This document shows positions 19,782-31,836 of a stretch of DNA of 32,000 bases, piece by piece. How positions within the stretch are numbered: the first letter of the stretch is position 1; every line of letters starts with the position of its first letter. The stretch lies in NCBI RefSeq assembly GCF_000011805.1, contig NC_006840.2; one strand, given 5' to 3'. The notes under the pieces are model-generated. The model was not told the origin of the DNA, made no database searches, and was given only the letters and a program-made list of their open reading frames with translations. Both the position numbers and the translations under genes were made by a program. This DNA is from Aliivibrio fischeri ES114 (GTDB lineage: Bacteria > Pseudomonadota > Gammaproteobacteria > Enterobacterales > Vibrionaceae).

Positions 19782-21290
19782 TTAGTCCTCCGCTAGTGGC
19801 TTAAAGCGACGAAGCTCACTTAGTCGGTAACCTGTGTAGTTACCTAGCATTAGAATAAGTGCTAAGACAATTAGCTGTATACCAATGAAGTTAAATGTAA
19901 GGTGCTGTACAAATGGGTTTGTCATTGCGATATAAATAATTACCGCTGTTAGTAATGAACCACCACCTTGTGTAGCAACTTCTTTCCAACCTTCTTCTTC
20001 CCAAAGGATAGACATACGTTCAACCGTCCAAGATAGAATGATCATTGGGAAGAACGTGATACTCAGACCTGCTGTTAGTCCAATCTTGAATGCAACGATA
20101 GTAAACAGAGAAATGATCATAATAACCGTGATGATAACGGCTGAGATCCTGGCAACTAAGAGTAAGTTAAGTTTTGATAAGTAACTTCGGATAATCAAGC
20201 CAGTACCAACAATTAACAAGAAGCCAACAATACCTGTTACTAATTGTGTTTGTACAAATGCAACCGCAATTAGAACGGGCATGAAAGTACCAGATGTTTT
20301 TAAGCCGATAATGATTCTTAAGAAAACAACAATCAAAGCACCAATTGGAATCAACATGATGGTTTTAAACATCGATTGTTCTTCCAGAGGTAGACTGTGA
20401 ATCGAGAAGTTTAATAAGTTATCTGCTTCTACTTTTTTATCCGTAGCTGCGGCAGGAGAAATTTCCTGTGCAATCATAGAGAAGTGAATTTGACTGTTTT
20501 TACCACCAACAACATCTAGTAATGAAACGTTAGTCTCATCCCAAAGAAGTAGATTTGACGGTTGGCCTTGTTCGCCTGTTTCTGGATTAAACAGTATCCA
20601 ATGTTCACCGCTCCACACTTCAATCATGTGCTGAACTGATTGGCGACGGCGACCATCTTCTAACCAAAGAGTACCAACTACTTTATTGTGGATATTCTCA
20701 AAGCTCAGTAATTTAGAGATAGCTTGAACTTTAGTCAGGTCATTAAGAAGTAATGATGCATTTTGGTTATCATTATCATTAAACTGCTTAATAAGCTCAC
20801 GAGTCAGTGTAATGTCATTAGAAGAACGTTGGCGCGCTTGTTCTAGTAATGAAATTGCTGCTGCTTCATGTGGTCCTTCAAATGTTACAGCTTCTGGCTT
20901 CTCTGTTTTAGGTGGCTCAATCGTTGCACTAGCTTGAGGGTCAACTAAAATTTGAGTTTTGTAGTACAGAGTTTGAGGGCCATCAGCTTGACGAATTGTC
21001 CATTCAGCTCGACGTCCATGCTCTGTTGTTAGATAAGCAATACCATAGCCTGGAGACGAAGCACTTTCATCGACAATAGTAAAACCGGTTTGAGTTTGTG
21101 GAGCAGCCATAGAAACCTTAACAGGTTTATTTATAGCATCAAATTGAATACGGGCTTCAACATCCCATACTTGGCTTCTTTCTCCTGGAGTCCAAGGCAC
21201 ACCATATGAGTCATGGCGAAGCCAGCTCAATGTAAGTCCTGCAACAATTAATAGCGAGATAAGAAAATAAAAAGGCACTCTTGATGGCAT
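19782..21290 (-). CDS. UUP1-family membrane protein: inactive transglutaminase-like domain plus multi-TM C-terminal domain
   Basis: N-terminal TM, periplasmic transglutaminase-like region (VGTLWLEDGRRRQSVQHMIEVWSGEHWILFNPETGEQG), then several C-terminal hydrophobic helices; 4-bp gap to the ATP-grasp gene. Confidence 0.85.
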   Translation of the reverse strand: MPSRVPFYFLISLLIVAGLTLSWLRHDSYGVPWTPGERSQVWDVEARIQFDAINKPVKVSMAAPQTQTGFTIVDESASSPGYGIAYLTTEHGRRAEWTIRQADGPQTLYYKTQILVDPQASATIEPPKTEKPEAVTFEGPHEAAAISLLEQARQRSSNDITLTRELIKQFNDNDNQNASLLLNDLTKVQAISKLLSFENIHNKVVGTLWLEDGRRRQSVQHMIEVWSGEHWILFNPETGEQGQPSNLLLWDETNVSLLDVVGGKNSQIHFSMIAQEISPAAATDKKVEADNLLNFSIHSLPLEEQSMFKTIMLIPIGALIVVFLRIIIGLKTSGTFMPVLIAVAFVQTQLVTGIVGFLLIVGTGLIIRSYLSKLNLLLVARISAVIITVIMIISLFTIVAFKIGLTAGLSITFFPMIILSWTVERMSILWEEEGWKEVATQGGGSLLTAVIIYIAMTNPFVQHLTFNFIGIQLIVLALILMLGNYTGYRLSELRRFKPLAED

Positions 21291-21342
21291 AACGTCCTCA
21301 TTGTAATGGCATAAGTGGAAGATAATTATAATTGTAATTCAT

Positions 21343-21382
21343 GCGGTAATTTATGCTACTAAGATATTGAATAAATTACCGC
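21343..21382. promoter_or_regulatory. Intergenic inverted repeat, function unknown
   Basis: GCGGTAATTTAT - 16-nt loop - ATAAATTACCGC, perfect 12-bp arms, no U-tract. Confidence 0.7.
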
Positions 21383-21398
21383 TTATTTGAGGTAGGAG

Positions 21399-22169
21399 CT
21401 ATTTTTTGCTTTGAACGAATTCTTTGCTGACATCAACAACAGCGATATCTTGAATAAACTCACGACCTAATAAAACAGAATGGGTCATGTGAGATCGATC
21501 TGCAAGAGTAAATTGAACTTTTTCATGGATTGCACCAAGTTTGATCCATAATTCAACTACTGGACGGCGTTCTGCATCATCAGCTGTTGCTTGACGAATT
21601 TTTACGTTACGAATAACAGGTGCTGTAATCCACTCCAATTTGCCATCGTCAGCTTTTACGTCTTGGTTTACTAAATGGAATCGAACCCATTGGCTACCAT
21701 TACGTTCAAATTCTTGTAAATCAACTGCATTTAAAGAAGAGGTTGTTGCACCTGTATCAATACGAGCGGTAAATGCTTGTTTGATATCAGCGATTTCAAC
21801 GTTTTCAATTGCGCCAAGCACAATGGTGTCTTTTAGAGCTTGAGATTGCATAGAAACAGGCAGCGGGGCAAGACGTTTTTTCTTAGATGTCGCGACTCTA
21901 ATGCTGTTTTGAATTTTTGTTTGTTCTGAACGAACAATAGATAATTCTTCAGAAACGTTAGATAATTCTTTTTCTAATGTAGAAATATACTCGTTTTGAG
22001 TCTCAATTTTACCTTCCATCGTATCTAAACGAGTATTCAGGTTGGTTTCCATTGATTTAATTGCAGCGACGGTTTCTGAATTGTCTGAAGCTAAAGGTTG
22101 AGCTTGTTGTGTAAGAGCACAGCCAGAAAGGCTTAAAACTGCAACCAGTGGTAGAATTCGTTGGATCAT
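21399..22169 (-). CDS. Retropepsin-like aspartic protease lipoprotein (family often annotated 'ATP-dependent zinc protease')
   Basis: Lipobox LSGC at the N-terminus, coiled-coil linker, catalytic-type TARIDTGATTSSLNA and LLGREFI; no HExxH zinc motif. Confidence 0.85.
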   Translation of the reverse strand: MIQRILPLVAVLSLSGCALTQQAQPLASDNSETVAAIKSMETNLNTRLDTMEGKIETQNEYISTLEKELSNVSEELSIVRSEQTKIQNSIRVATSKKKRLAPLPVSMQSQALKDTIVLGAIENVEIADIKQAFTARIDTGATTSSLNAVDLQEFERNGSQWVRFHLVNQDVKADDGKLEWITAPVIRNVKIRQATADDAERRPVVELWIKLGAIHEKVQFTLADRSHMTHSVLLGREFIQDIAVVDVSKEFVQSKK

Positions 22170-22248
22170 TTTATGTTCCGTTGAGTTAAATTAACATGTG
22201 CATAATAACGATAATAAATGGGAGCGAATAGCCCCCAAATGTTAAAGT

Positions 22249-23223
22249 TTAGTCAGGTTTCTTTGCTATTAAAATCGCACGTTTTGGTGCCGGATGACCT
22301 TCAATGGTTTTTGTTGAATCATTTGGGTCTAAGTATTCAGGTAGAGAGTTGTGTTTCATCCATTCAGTAGAGCGTTGCTCGCCTGTTGTTGTCACACATT
22401 CATCTACTATTTTTACATCGACAAATCCCACGCTCTCTAACCATACTTTTAGTGCTCGAGCTGATGGGAAGAAGTATACATTGCGCATTTGAGCGTAGCG
22501 ATCAACTGGCATTAATACTGCGTTTTCGTCGCCATCAATAACTAATGTTTCTAGCACCAACTCTCCACCAGCAACTAATTGATTTTTTAGTTGAATTAGA
22601 TGATCTAGAGGAGAACGACGGTGATACAACACACCCATGCTAAATACGGTGTCAAACGCATTCAATTCAGGAAGCTGCTCAATTCCTAATGGCAATAAGT
22701 GAGCACGTTGGTCATTCCCCATTAGTTTACGAATTGCTTCAAACTGGATTAAAAACAAATGTGAAGGGTCAATACCCACACACAAACGTGCATCTTCACC
22801 AAGCATGCGCCACATATGATATCCGTTACCGCAACCAACATCTAAAACTGAACGATTTTTTAGTGGTGTAATGTGAGGTAACAAACGATCCCACTTCCAA
22901 TCTGATCGCCACTCAGTATCAATATGAATGTCATGAACCGTAAATGGGCCTTTGCGCCACGGATGGAACGTTTGTAATAAGTTTTCTAATTTTTTGCGTT
23001 CGCCATCAATTAATGGTGTGTTATTTGATAGCGTTACTGATGATTTTAAGTCGATATTATCAGCGCATCCCTCTGGGATTTTTTTCAACGCTTTTATCCA
23101 ACGCTCAATATCACCATGTTCTGCATTCTGCCAATCTGTTAGTTGTTGAGGCAATGTATTTAACCAAGGTTGAAGAACGGTATCTTGGGCAATTAGTTGA
23201 TAAAAATTAGCAAAATTAAACAT
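22249..23223 (-). CDS. cmoB: tRNA U34 carboxymethyltransferase CmoB
   Basis: Methyltransferase motif [17 protein letters not shown], conserved WRSDWKWDR and [13 protein letters not shown]. Confidence 0.96.
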   Translation of the reverse strand: MFNFANFYQLIAQDTVLQPWLNTLPQQLTDWQNAEHGDIERWIKALKKIPEGCADNIDLKSSVTLSNNTPLIDGERKKLENLLQTFHPWRKGPFTVHDIHIDTEWRSDWKWDRLLPHITPLKNRSVLDVGCGNGYHMWRMLGEDARLCVGIDPSHLFLIQFEAIRKLMGNDQRAHLLPLGIEQLPELNAFDTVFSMGVLYHRRSPLDHLIQLKNQLVAGGELVLETLVIDGDENAVLMPVDRYAQMRNVYFFPSARALKVWLESVGFVDVKIVDECVTTTGEQRSTEWMKHNSLPEYLDPNDSTKTIEGHPAPKRAILIAKKPD

Positions 23224-23259
23224 AAATATCTTTATATAGTTGGTGATAACAAAACAGGG

Positions 23260-24009
<750 letters not shown>

Positions 24010-24374
24010 TTATGACATCCATACGAAACTCATACAACTCTAGGTAAATATTGAACTCTACTTACCTAGAACGGCATGATTCATAGCACTCCAGCTTATG
24101 ATGGCGCTATTGTAGTGAATTCTTCAGTTAATGTCTTTAGGGCAATGAAAATTGAAAGCGAACTTTTTCAGAGACCTAACAGACTGGAAGTTACTTGGGT
24201 ATACGTTATTTTTCCTTTATAATATCGGCATATTTTTGCGTTTTGTATATTAATTCAGCAGATTGGCTGGTAAATACGTCATTTAGGCAAGCGTGAATAG
24301 AATTATGAAAAATGCAGCACTCCTTTTTTGCTGCATTTACTATTGAACATGTATATTAGATTGGGAAAATCATC

Positions 24375-26150
24375 ATGCGCACCCATTACTGTGGTAACCT
24401 GAACAAGTCCCTTGCAGGGCAAACTGTAGAACTTTGCGGCTGGGTAAACCGTCGCCGTGATTTAGGCGGTCTTATCTTTATTGATATGCGAGATCGTGAA
24501 GGTATCGTTCAGGTAGTTGTTGACCCAGATATGAAAGACGTATTTGAGGTTGCAAGTCAACTGCGTAATGAATTCTGTATCAAATTTACTGGTGAAGTTC
24601 GTGTTCGTCCTGATAGCCAAGTAAATAAAGATATGGCTACTGGTGAAGTAGAACTTTTGGCTACAGGCCTTGAGATCATCAACCGTTCTGCGGCGCTTCC
24701 ATTAGACTTCAACCAAACTAACTCAGAAGAGCAACGTCTGAAGTATCGTTACATTGATTTACGTCGTCCAGAAATGAGTGATCGTATCAAGTTACGTGCT
24801 CGTGCATCAAGCTTCGTTCGTCGTTTCTTAGATGAAAACTTATTCTTAGATATCGAAACGCCAGTATTAACGAAAGCAACACCAGAAGGTGCTCGTGATT
24901 ACTTAGTACCAAGCCGTGTTCATAAAGGTAGCTTCTACGCTCTACCACAATCACCACAGCTATTTAAACAATTGCTAATGATGTCTGGTTTTGACCGTTA
25001 CTACCAAATCGTAAAATGTTTCCGTGATGAAGATTTACGTGCTGACCGTCAACCTGAATTTACTCAAATCGATATCGAAACTTCATTCATGACTTCTCAA
25101 GAAGTTCGTAATGTAACTGAGCGTCTTGTTCACGATATGTGGAAAGAGCTTTTAGATGTTGAGCTTGGTCAATTCCCTGTAATGCCATTCTCTGAAGCGA
25201 TGCGTCGTTTTGGTTCTGATAAACCAGATCTACGTAACCCACTTGAACTTGTTGACGTTGCTGATCTTGTTAAAGATGTAGACTTCAAAGTATTCTCAGG
25301 TCCTGCAAATGATGAAAAAGGTCGTGTAGCAGTTATCCGTGTACCTGGTGGTGCTTCATTATCTCGTAAGCAAATCGATGAGTACGGTAACTTCGTAGGT
25401 ATCTACGGTGCGAAAGGCTTAGCTTGGATGAAAGTGAACGATCGTGCTGCAGGTTTTGAAGGTGTTCAATCTCCAGTTGCTAAGTTCTTAAATGAAGAAG
25501 TAGTAAACGCAATTCTTGAGCGTACTCAAGCTGAAACAGGCGACATCATCCTATTTGGTGCCGATAAAGCAGGTATCGTATCGGAAGCTATGGGTGCACT
25601 ACGTCTTAAGTTAGGTACTGACCTTGAGCTAACAGATACATCTGCATGGGCTCCGTTATGGGTTGTTGATTTCCCAATGTTTGAAGAAGATGGTGAAGGT
25701 AACTTGCATGCGATGCACCACCCATTCACATCTCCTTTAGGTGTTTCTGCTGAAGAGCTACAAGCTAACCCAGCTGTAGCGAACTCTGATGCATACGATA
25801 TGGTAATTAACGGCTACGAAGTTGGTGGTGGTTCTGTACGTATCCATAATGCAGAAATGCAAACAGCGGTATTTGGTATCCTAGGTATCGAAGCTAAAGA
25901 ACAACAAGAGAAATTTGGTTTCTTACTTGAAGCTCTAAAATACGGCACGCCGCCACACGCAGGTCTTGCTTTTGGTCTTGACCGTCTAGCAATGCTACTT
26001 TGTGGTACAGAAAACATCCGTGATGTTATCGCGTTCCCTAAAACAACGGCTGCAGCATGTCTACTTACAGACGCTCCAAGCCTAGCAAACCCTGCTTCTT
26101 TAGAAGAATTGGCGATTGCTGTTAAACTTGCAGAGAAAAAAGACGCATAA
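24375..26150 (+). CDS. aspS: Aspartate--tRNA ligase
   Basis: Class II aaRS: [32 protein letters not shown]...[28 protein letters not shown]. Confidence 0.98.
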
Positions 26151-26170
26151 TTAGCGTTTAACTCTTTGTA

Positions 26171-26200
26171 AAAAATGCCCGTATTTATGCGGGCATTTTT
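26171..26200 (+). terminator. Rho-independent terminator after aspS
   Basis: AATGCCCG-TATTTATG-CGGGCATTTTT. Confidence 0.85.
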
Positions 26201-26302
26201 GTATCTATACTATGTAAAGTGAGACAGCTCTTTATTACTAATACCTTGAGTTTATAGTGGTATCTAGCTAATATACATGTATAAATAATCAGTGGTTTTT
26301 AT

Positions 26303-26824
26303 ATGTCTATCATTTTAGGGATTGATCCCGGCTCACGTATTACTGGATATGGTGTTATTCGCCAGAATGGCCGTCATCTGCAATATCTTGGCAGCGGTTG
26401 TATTCGTATGTCTGAAAAAGAACTACCTGGTCGATTAAAGCAAATTTATGCGGGGGTTTCTGAAATTATCACGCAATTCCAACCTGATGTGTTTGCGATT
26501 GAACAAGTATTTATGTCAAAAAATGCTGACTCAGCATTAAAGCTTGGTCAAGCAAGAGGCAGTGCAATTGTCGCCGCAGTGAATGCAGACTTACCCGTTT
26601 ATGAATATGCAGCTCGTTTAATTAAGCAAGCAGTAACAGGGACGGGGGGGGCTGATAAATCTCAAGTTCAACATATGGTCATGAGTATGCTGAAATTACC
26701 GGCTAAGCCACAAGCCGATGCGGCTGATGCATTAGGCGCAGCTATTTGTCATGCAAATACCAATAAAACATTAATTGCGCTAGCCGGAAAAGCAACGGGT
26801 GCACGTCGTGGGCGTTATAGATAA
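26303..26824 (+). CDS. ruvC: Crossover junction endodeoxyribonuclease RuvC
   Basis: [19 protein letters not shown]...[23 protein letters not shown]. Confidence 0.97.
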   Translation: MSIILGIDPGSRITGYGVIRQNGRHLQYLGSGCIRMSEKELPGRLKQIYAGVSEIITQFQPDVFAIEQVFMSKNADSALKLGQARGSAIVAAVNADLPVYEYAARLIKQAVTGTGGADKSQVQHMVMSMLKLPAKPQADAADALGAAICHANTNKTLIALAGKATGARRGRYR

Positions 26825-26929
26825 GGAACACCAGTGTCGCTTGTTATAAATTCTCATTTCTTTTACTGGATATCTATCCAGTTCTTTATTACTATCTTAA
26901 CTTATTATTTATTTTAAAGAGTATCTATT

Positions 26930-27553
26930 GTGATTGGACGTCTTCGCGGAAATTTATTAGAAAAACAACCACCAGAATTATTAATTGAAGTGAGTGGTAT
27001 TGGCTATGAAGTACAGATGCCAATGAGCTGTTTTTATGAATTACCAGAAGTTGGTTCGGAAGCCATTATTTATACTCATTATGTTGTACGTGAAGATGCA
27101 CAGCTACTATATGGTTTTAATACTAAAAATGAACGAGCGTTGTTTCGTGAAGTAATTAAAGCAAATGGTGTTGGTCCTAAACTGGGCTTAGCTATTCTAT
27201 CAGGAATGACGGCAGCGCAATTTGTGCAAAGTGTTGAACGTGAAGATATCTCAACTTTAGTTAAGTTACCGGGTGTTGGTAAAAAGACAGCGGAAAGACT
27301 TGTTGTTGAAATGAAAGATAGATTAAAAGGATGGGGAGCGGGTGATCTGTTTACGCCAGCGACCGATGCCGCGCCAATGGATGATGGTTCAGAATTTATC
27401 ACATCTCCACAAAGTGCTGTGGATGAAGCGGTTAGTGCATTAATTGCATTAGGTTATAAACCTCAGCAAGCATCTAAGACTGTTTCTCAAATTGCTAAGC
27501 CGGACATGACCAGCGAAGTATTGATCCGTGAATCATTAAAGTCGATGATTTAA
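26930..27553 (+). CDS. ruvA: Holliday junction helicase subunit RuvA (GTG start)
   Basis: [32 protein letters not shown]...[23 protein letters not shown]. Confidence 0.97.
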   Translation: MIGRLRGNLLEKQPPELLIEVSGIGYEVQMPMSCFYELPEVGSEAIIYTHYVVREDAQLLYGFNTKNERALFREVIKANGVGPKLGLAILSGMTAAQFVQSVEREDISTLVKLPGVGKKTAERLVVEMKDRLKGWGAGDLFTPATDAAPMDDGSEFITSPQSAVDEAVSALIALGYKPQQASKTVSQIAKPDMTSEVLIRESLKSMI

Positions 27554-27580
27554 TCATCTTCTAATTGTTGAGTACTTATT

Positions 27581-28594
27581 ATGATTGAAGCTGATCGTTT
27601 AATTGCAGCAGATAACCCAACTTTTCGTGAAGAGGATGTGATTGATAGAGCCATCCGTCCTAAAAAGCTAGATGATTACCAAGGCCAAGACCATGTTCGT
27701 AGCCAAATGGAGATTTTCATTAAAGCTGCACAAATGCGTGAAGAAGCACTGGATCACTTACTCATTTTTGGCCCTCCAGGTTTAGGTAAGACAACATTAG
27801 CCAATATTGTAGCTAATGAGATGGGCGTAAATATAAGAACGACATCAGGACCGGTTCTTGAAAAAGCAGGGGACTTAGCTGCATTACTAACTAATTTAGA
27901 AGAAAACGACATTTTATTTATTGATGAAATTCATCGTTTAAGTCCTATGGTTGAAGAAGTGCTTTATCCTGCGATGGAAGACTATCAACTTGATATCATG
28001 ATAGGTGAAGGTCCTGCAGCACGTTCAATAAAGATAGATTTACCTCCGTTTACTTTAATTGGTGCAACGACAAGGGCTGGATCATTAACATCTCCGCTTC
28101 GTGATCGTTTTGGTATTGTCCAACGTTTAGAATATTACAAGGTAGAAGATCTTCAGCATATTGTTCAACGCAGTGCAGATTGTTTGAATTTATCCATGGA
28201 ATCTGAAGGTGCATTAGAAGTTGCTCGTCGTGCACGCGGTACTCCACGTATTGCCAACCGTTTATTACGTCGTGTTCGTGACTATGCTGAAGTCATGAGT
28301 GACGGGAACATTTCATCTGAGATTGCTGATAAAGCGCTTAATATGCTCGATGTGGACGTTCGTGGTTTTGATTACATGGACAGAAAGTTATTGTTAGCGA
28401 TTATGGAAAAGTTTGATGGTGGGCCTGTTGGTTTAGATAATATTGCAGCAGCCATTGGTGAAGAGCGTGATACCATTGAAGATGTTATTGAACCTTATCT
28501 CATTCAGCAAGGTTATCTGCAAAGAACGCCTAGAGGACGAATTGTATCCGATAGAGCGTATCTACATTTTGGAATTGATAAGCCTGATAAATAG
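27581..28594 (+). CDS. ruvB: Holliday junction helicase ATPase subunit RuvB
   Basis: [22 protein letters not shown]...[23 protein letters not shown]...LIGATTRAG. Confidence 0.98.
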   Translation: MIEADRLIAADNPTFREEDVIDRAIRPKKLDDYQGQDHVRSQMEIFIKAAQMREEALDHLLIFGPPGLGKTTLANIVANEMGVNIRTTSGPVLEKAGDLAALLTNLEENDILFIDEIHRLSPMVEEVLYPAMEDYQLDIMIGEGPAARSIKIDLPPFTLIGATTRAGSLTSPLRDRFGIVQRLEYYKVEDLQHIVQRSADCLNLSMESEGALEVARRARGTPRIANRLLRRVRDYAEVMSDGNISSEIADKALNMLDVDVRGFDYMDRKLLLAIMEKFDGGPVGLDNIAAAIGEERDTIEDVIEPYLIQQGYLQRTPRGRIVSDRAYLHFGIDKPDK

Positions 28595-28658
28595 ATTTCG
28601 TTACAGTATTAATATATTTACACAGTCTATTAATATTTCAAGCTGAGTTAATTGAAAG

Positions 28659-28684
28659 CGAGTGATCAAAATCACTCGTTTTTT
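28659..28684 (+). terminator. Rho-independent terminator after ruvCAB
   Basis: CGAGTGAT-CAAA-ATCACTCGTTTTTT. Confidence 0.85.
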
Positions 28685-28822
28685 CGTATATGGATTATTG
28701 AAAGTGTGAAAAATGAACACTTACTAAAAAATAAATGTAATTAACTTACAATTTTGAGACAAACCTTTTGAAAGAAATCTTGTTTCCTATTAATATTAGC
28801 GGGTTCTATATTAGAGTTAACT

Positions 28823-28837
28823 TGACATTTAATTAAC
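28823..28837 (-). promoter_or_regulatory. Putative ArcA box upstream of cydAB
   Basis: Minus-strand GTTAATTAAATGTCA matches the published ArcA consensus GTTAATTAAATGTTA at 14 of 15 positions. Confidence 0.6.
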
Positions 28838-28972
28838 CTGATTTACACATTTATGTAACACTTTGTGGTTATTAATACGCTAATGAATATTAAGACTACA
28901 TAAATAAGGTGTTTACGCTCACTTAAAAGTATGGAAGTACTGTGTCATTCAGCCTGACACAAAGGAGTTCTC

Positions 28973-30562
28973 ATGATCACTGATGTAGTGGAGTTATCGC
29001 GTCTGCAATTTGCAATGACAGCGATGTATCACTTCCTATTCGTTCCTCTGACTCTAGGTATGGCCTTTTTATTGGCTATTATGGAGTCTTTATATGTAAT
29101 GACCGACAAACAAATCTACAAGGACATGACAAAGTTCTGGGGTAAATTGTTCGGTATTAACTTTGCACTAGGTGTAGCAACTGGTTTAACAATGGAATTC
29201 CAGTTTGGTACTAACTGGTCTTACTATTCACACTACGTTGGTGATATTTTCGGGGCTCCTCTTGCCATCGAAGCACTAATGGCTTTCTTCTTAGAATCTA
29301 CTTTTGTTGGTTTATTCTTCTTTGGTTGGGATCGTTTATCTAAACGTCAACACCTTGCAGTAACTTGGTTAGTTGCTTTAGGTTCAAACTTCTCAGCACT
29401 TTGGATTCTAGTAGCTAACGGCTGGATGCAAAACCCAGTAGGTGCAGAATTTAACTTTGAAACAATGCGTATGGAAATGGTGAGCTTCGCTGAAGTTGTA
29501 CTAAACCCAGTAGCACAAGTTAAATTTGTTCACACTGTAGCATCAGGTTACACATGTGGCGCAATGTTCGTACTAGGTATCAGTTCTTACTACCTACTAA
29601 AAGGCCGTGATATTGCATTTGCACGTCGTTCATTCGCAATCGCAGCTTCTTTTGGTATGGCATCAATCCTATCTGTAATGGTTCTTGGTGATGAGTCTGG
29701 CTATGAGCTAGGTGAAGTACAACAAGTTAAACTTGCTGCTATCGAAGCTGAATGGCATACAGAAGAAGCGCCTGCTGCGTTTACTGTGATTGGTTTACCA
29801 AATCAAGAATCTATGGAAACAGATTACGCAATTAAGATCCCATATGTAATGGGTATTATTGCAACTCGTTCTCTAGATAAGCAAGTGACTGGTTTACGTG
29901 ATCTTAAAGACCAACATGAACTTCGCATCCGAAACGGTATGGTTGCGTACGGTCTACTTGAGAAATTACGTAATGGTGAGAAAACACCTGAAAACATTGC
30001 TGCATTTGATGATGTAAAACATGACTTAGGTTATGGCTTACTTCTTAAGCGTTATACAGATAACGTAGTTGATGCAACAGAAGACCAAATTAAAGCGGCT
30101 GCGGATGATTCTATCCCAACTGTATGGCCATTGTTCTTCTCATTCCGAATCATGGTTGCGTGTGGCGTATTAATGCTTGGTATCTTTGCTTTTGCATTTG
30201 TTCAAACATGTCGTCAAAAAATCGAAGCGAAGCCTTGGTTACTTAAAGCTGCACTATTTGGTATGCCATTACCATGGATTGCGATTGAAGCAGGTTGGTT
30301 CGTAGCAGAATATGGTCGTCAACCATGGGCTGTTGGTGAGATCTTACCTGTAAACGTAGCGGCATCAGCACTAACTGCAACTGAAATTCTAATTTCAATG
30401 GCTGCAATTATTGGCTTGTACACGATTTTCTTGATTGCTGAAGTTTACCTAATGGTTAAATTTGCTCGTAAAGGTCCAAGTAGCTTGAAAACAGGCCGCT
30501 ACCACTTTGAGCAAAATGGTCAAGATTCAGAAGCGAAATTAACTCGCCAAGTAGAAGCATAA
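28973..30562 (+). CDS. cydA: Cytochrome bd ubiquinol oxidase subunit I
   Basis: [26 protein letters not shown]...[43 protein letters not shown]. Confidence 0.98.
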   Translation: MITDVVELSRLQFAMTAMYHFLFVPLTLGMAFLLAIMESLYVMTDKQIYKDMTKFWGKLFGINFALGVATGLTMEFQFGTNWSYYSHYVGDIFGAPLAIEALMAFFLESTFVGLFFFGWDRLSKRQHLAVTWLVALGSNFSALWILVANGWMQNPVGAEFNFETMRMEMVSFAEVVLNPVAQVKFVHTVASGYTCGAMFVLGISSYYLLKGRDIAFARRSFAIAASFGMASILSVMVLGDESGYELGEVQQVKLAAIEAEWHTEEAPAAFTVIGLPNQESMETDYAIKIPYVMGIIATRSLDKQVTGLRDLKDQHELRIRNGMVAYGLLEKLRNGEKTPENIAAFDDVKHDLGYGLLLKRYTDNVVDATEDQIKAAADDSIPTVWPLFFSFRIMVACGVLMLGIFAFAFVQTCRQKIEAKPWLLKAALFGMPLPWIAIEAGWFVAEYGRQPWAVGEILPVNVAASALTATEILISMAAIIGLYTIFLIAEVYLMVKFARKGPSSLKTGRYHFEQNGQDSEAKLTRQVEA

Positions 30563-30579
30563 AAACGGAGATTTGAGCA

Positions 30580-31716
30580 ATGTTTGATTACGAAGTATTG
30601 CGATTTGTTTGGTGGGCATTAATCGGTGTATTGCTGATTGGCTTCGCTGTAACAGATGGATTCGATATGGGTGTTGGTGCACTAGTACCTGTTATCGGTA
30701 AAACAGATTCAGAACGTCGAGTTATGATTAACTCAATTGCCCCTCACTGGGATGGTAACCAAGTATGGTTAATCACAGCAGGTGGTGCATTATTCGCAGC
30801 ATGGCCATTAGTATACGCAACATCATTCTCAGGTTTTTACCTAGCAATGATCGTAACGTTAGCAGCACTATGGTTCCGTCCTGTTGGATTTGATTACCGT
30901 TCTAAAATTGAAGATAAGCGCTGGCGTTCAGCGTGGGATGCAGCGATCTTTATTGGTAGCTTCGTTCCACCAGTTATCTTTGGTGTTGCGTTTGGTAACC
31001 TTTTACAAGGCGTACCATTCCAACTAGATAACCTAATGATGCCAACATACCATGGTTCATTCTTTGGTCTGTTAAACCCATTTGCACTAGTGTGTGGCCT
31101 AGTAAGTTCATTTATGTTCATTACTCAAGGCGCTACATGGCTACAAATGAAAACAACGGGTGAGTTGCACACTCGCGCACGAAATATTGCGATGATCTTT
31201 AGTGCTCTTGTGGTTGTTTTGTTTGTAATTGCTGGTATCTGGGCTCAAAGCATTGAAGGTTATGTGATTGTAGGTAGCTTAGATCACTTTGCTCCGTCAA
31301 ACCCATTAAATAAAGAAGTCGCTCGTGAAGTAGGTGCTTTGTTCCATAACTTCAACGAATACCCATTACTATGGATTGCTCCAGCATTAGCTGTGATCAT
31401 GCCTATCGTTACAATTATTGCATCTCGTGCAAATATTGGCGGTCTTGCGTTCTTAAGCTCAAGCTTAACGAACGCTGGTGTTATCTTAACTTCTGGTTTT
31501 GCGTTATTCCCATTCGTAATGCCATCGAGCTTGAACCCTAACCATAGCTTAACTATGTGGGATTCAACTTCAAGTGAGTTAACACTTACGCTAATGACAT
31601 ACGTTGCTATCGTAATGGTACCAATTATTCTTGCTTACACTATCTGGACGTACATTAAAATGTTTGGTCGTCTTGATAATAAATTCATTGAAGAGAACAA
31701 AACGTCTCTATACTAA
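30580..31716 (+). CDS. cydB: Cytochrome bd ubiquinol oxidase subunit II
   Basis: MFDYEVLRFVWWALIGVLLIGFAVTDGFDMGVGAL...NSIAPHWDGNQVWLITAGGALFAAWPLVYA. Confidence 0.98.
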   Translation: MFDYEVLRFVWWALIGVLLIGFAVTDGFDMGVGALVPVIGKTDSERRVMINSIAPHWDGNQVWLITAGGALFAAWPLVYATSFSGFYLAMIVTLAALWFRPVGFDYRSKIEDKRWRSAWDAAIFIGSFVPPVIFGVAFGNLLQGVPFQLDNLMMPTYHGSFFGLLNPFALVCGLVSSFMFITQGATWLQMKTTGELHTRARNIAMIFSALVVVLFVIAGIWAQSIEGYVIVGSLDHFAPSNPLNKEVAREVGALFHNFNEYPLLWIAPALAVIMPIVTIIASRANIGGLAFLSSSLTNAGVILTSGFALFPFVMPSSLNPNHSLTMWDSTSSELTLTLMTYVAIVMVPIILAYTIWTYIKMFGRLDNKFIEENKTSLY

Positions 31717-31728
31717 GGAGTATTTACT

Positions 31729-31836
31729 ATGTGGTATTTCGCATGGATTCTAGGTGTTCTACTTGCTTGTGCATTTGGTATCATCAATGCTCTTTGGTTA
31801 GAGCACTCAGAAATGATGGATAAAGACAGTGAGTAA
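31729..31836 (+). CDS. cydX: Cytochrome bd small accessory subunit CydX (35 aa)
   Basis: MWYFAWILGVLLACAFGIINALWLEHSEMMDKDSE, preceded by AAGGAG; below the ORF-track size cutoff. Confidence 0.93.
   Translation: MWYFAWILGVLLACAFGIINALWLEHSEMMDKDSE

Noticed and set aside
28443-28646. 67-aa + strand ORF overlapping the ruvB 3' end
   Set aside because: Alternate frame of ruvB running into AT-rich intergenic sequence; composition looks non-coding.
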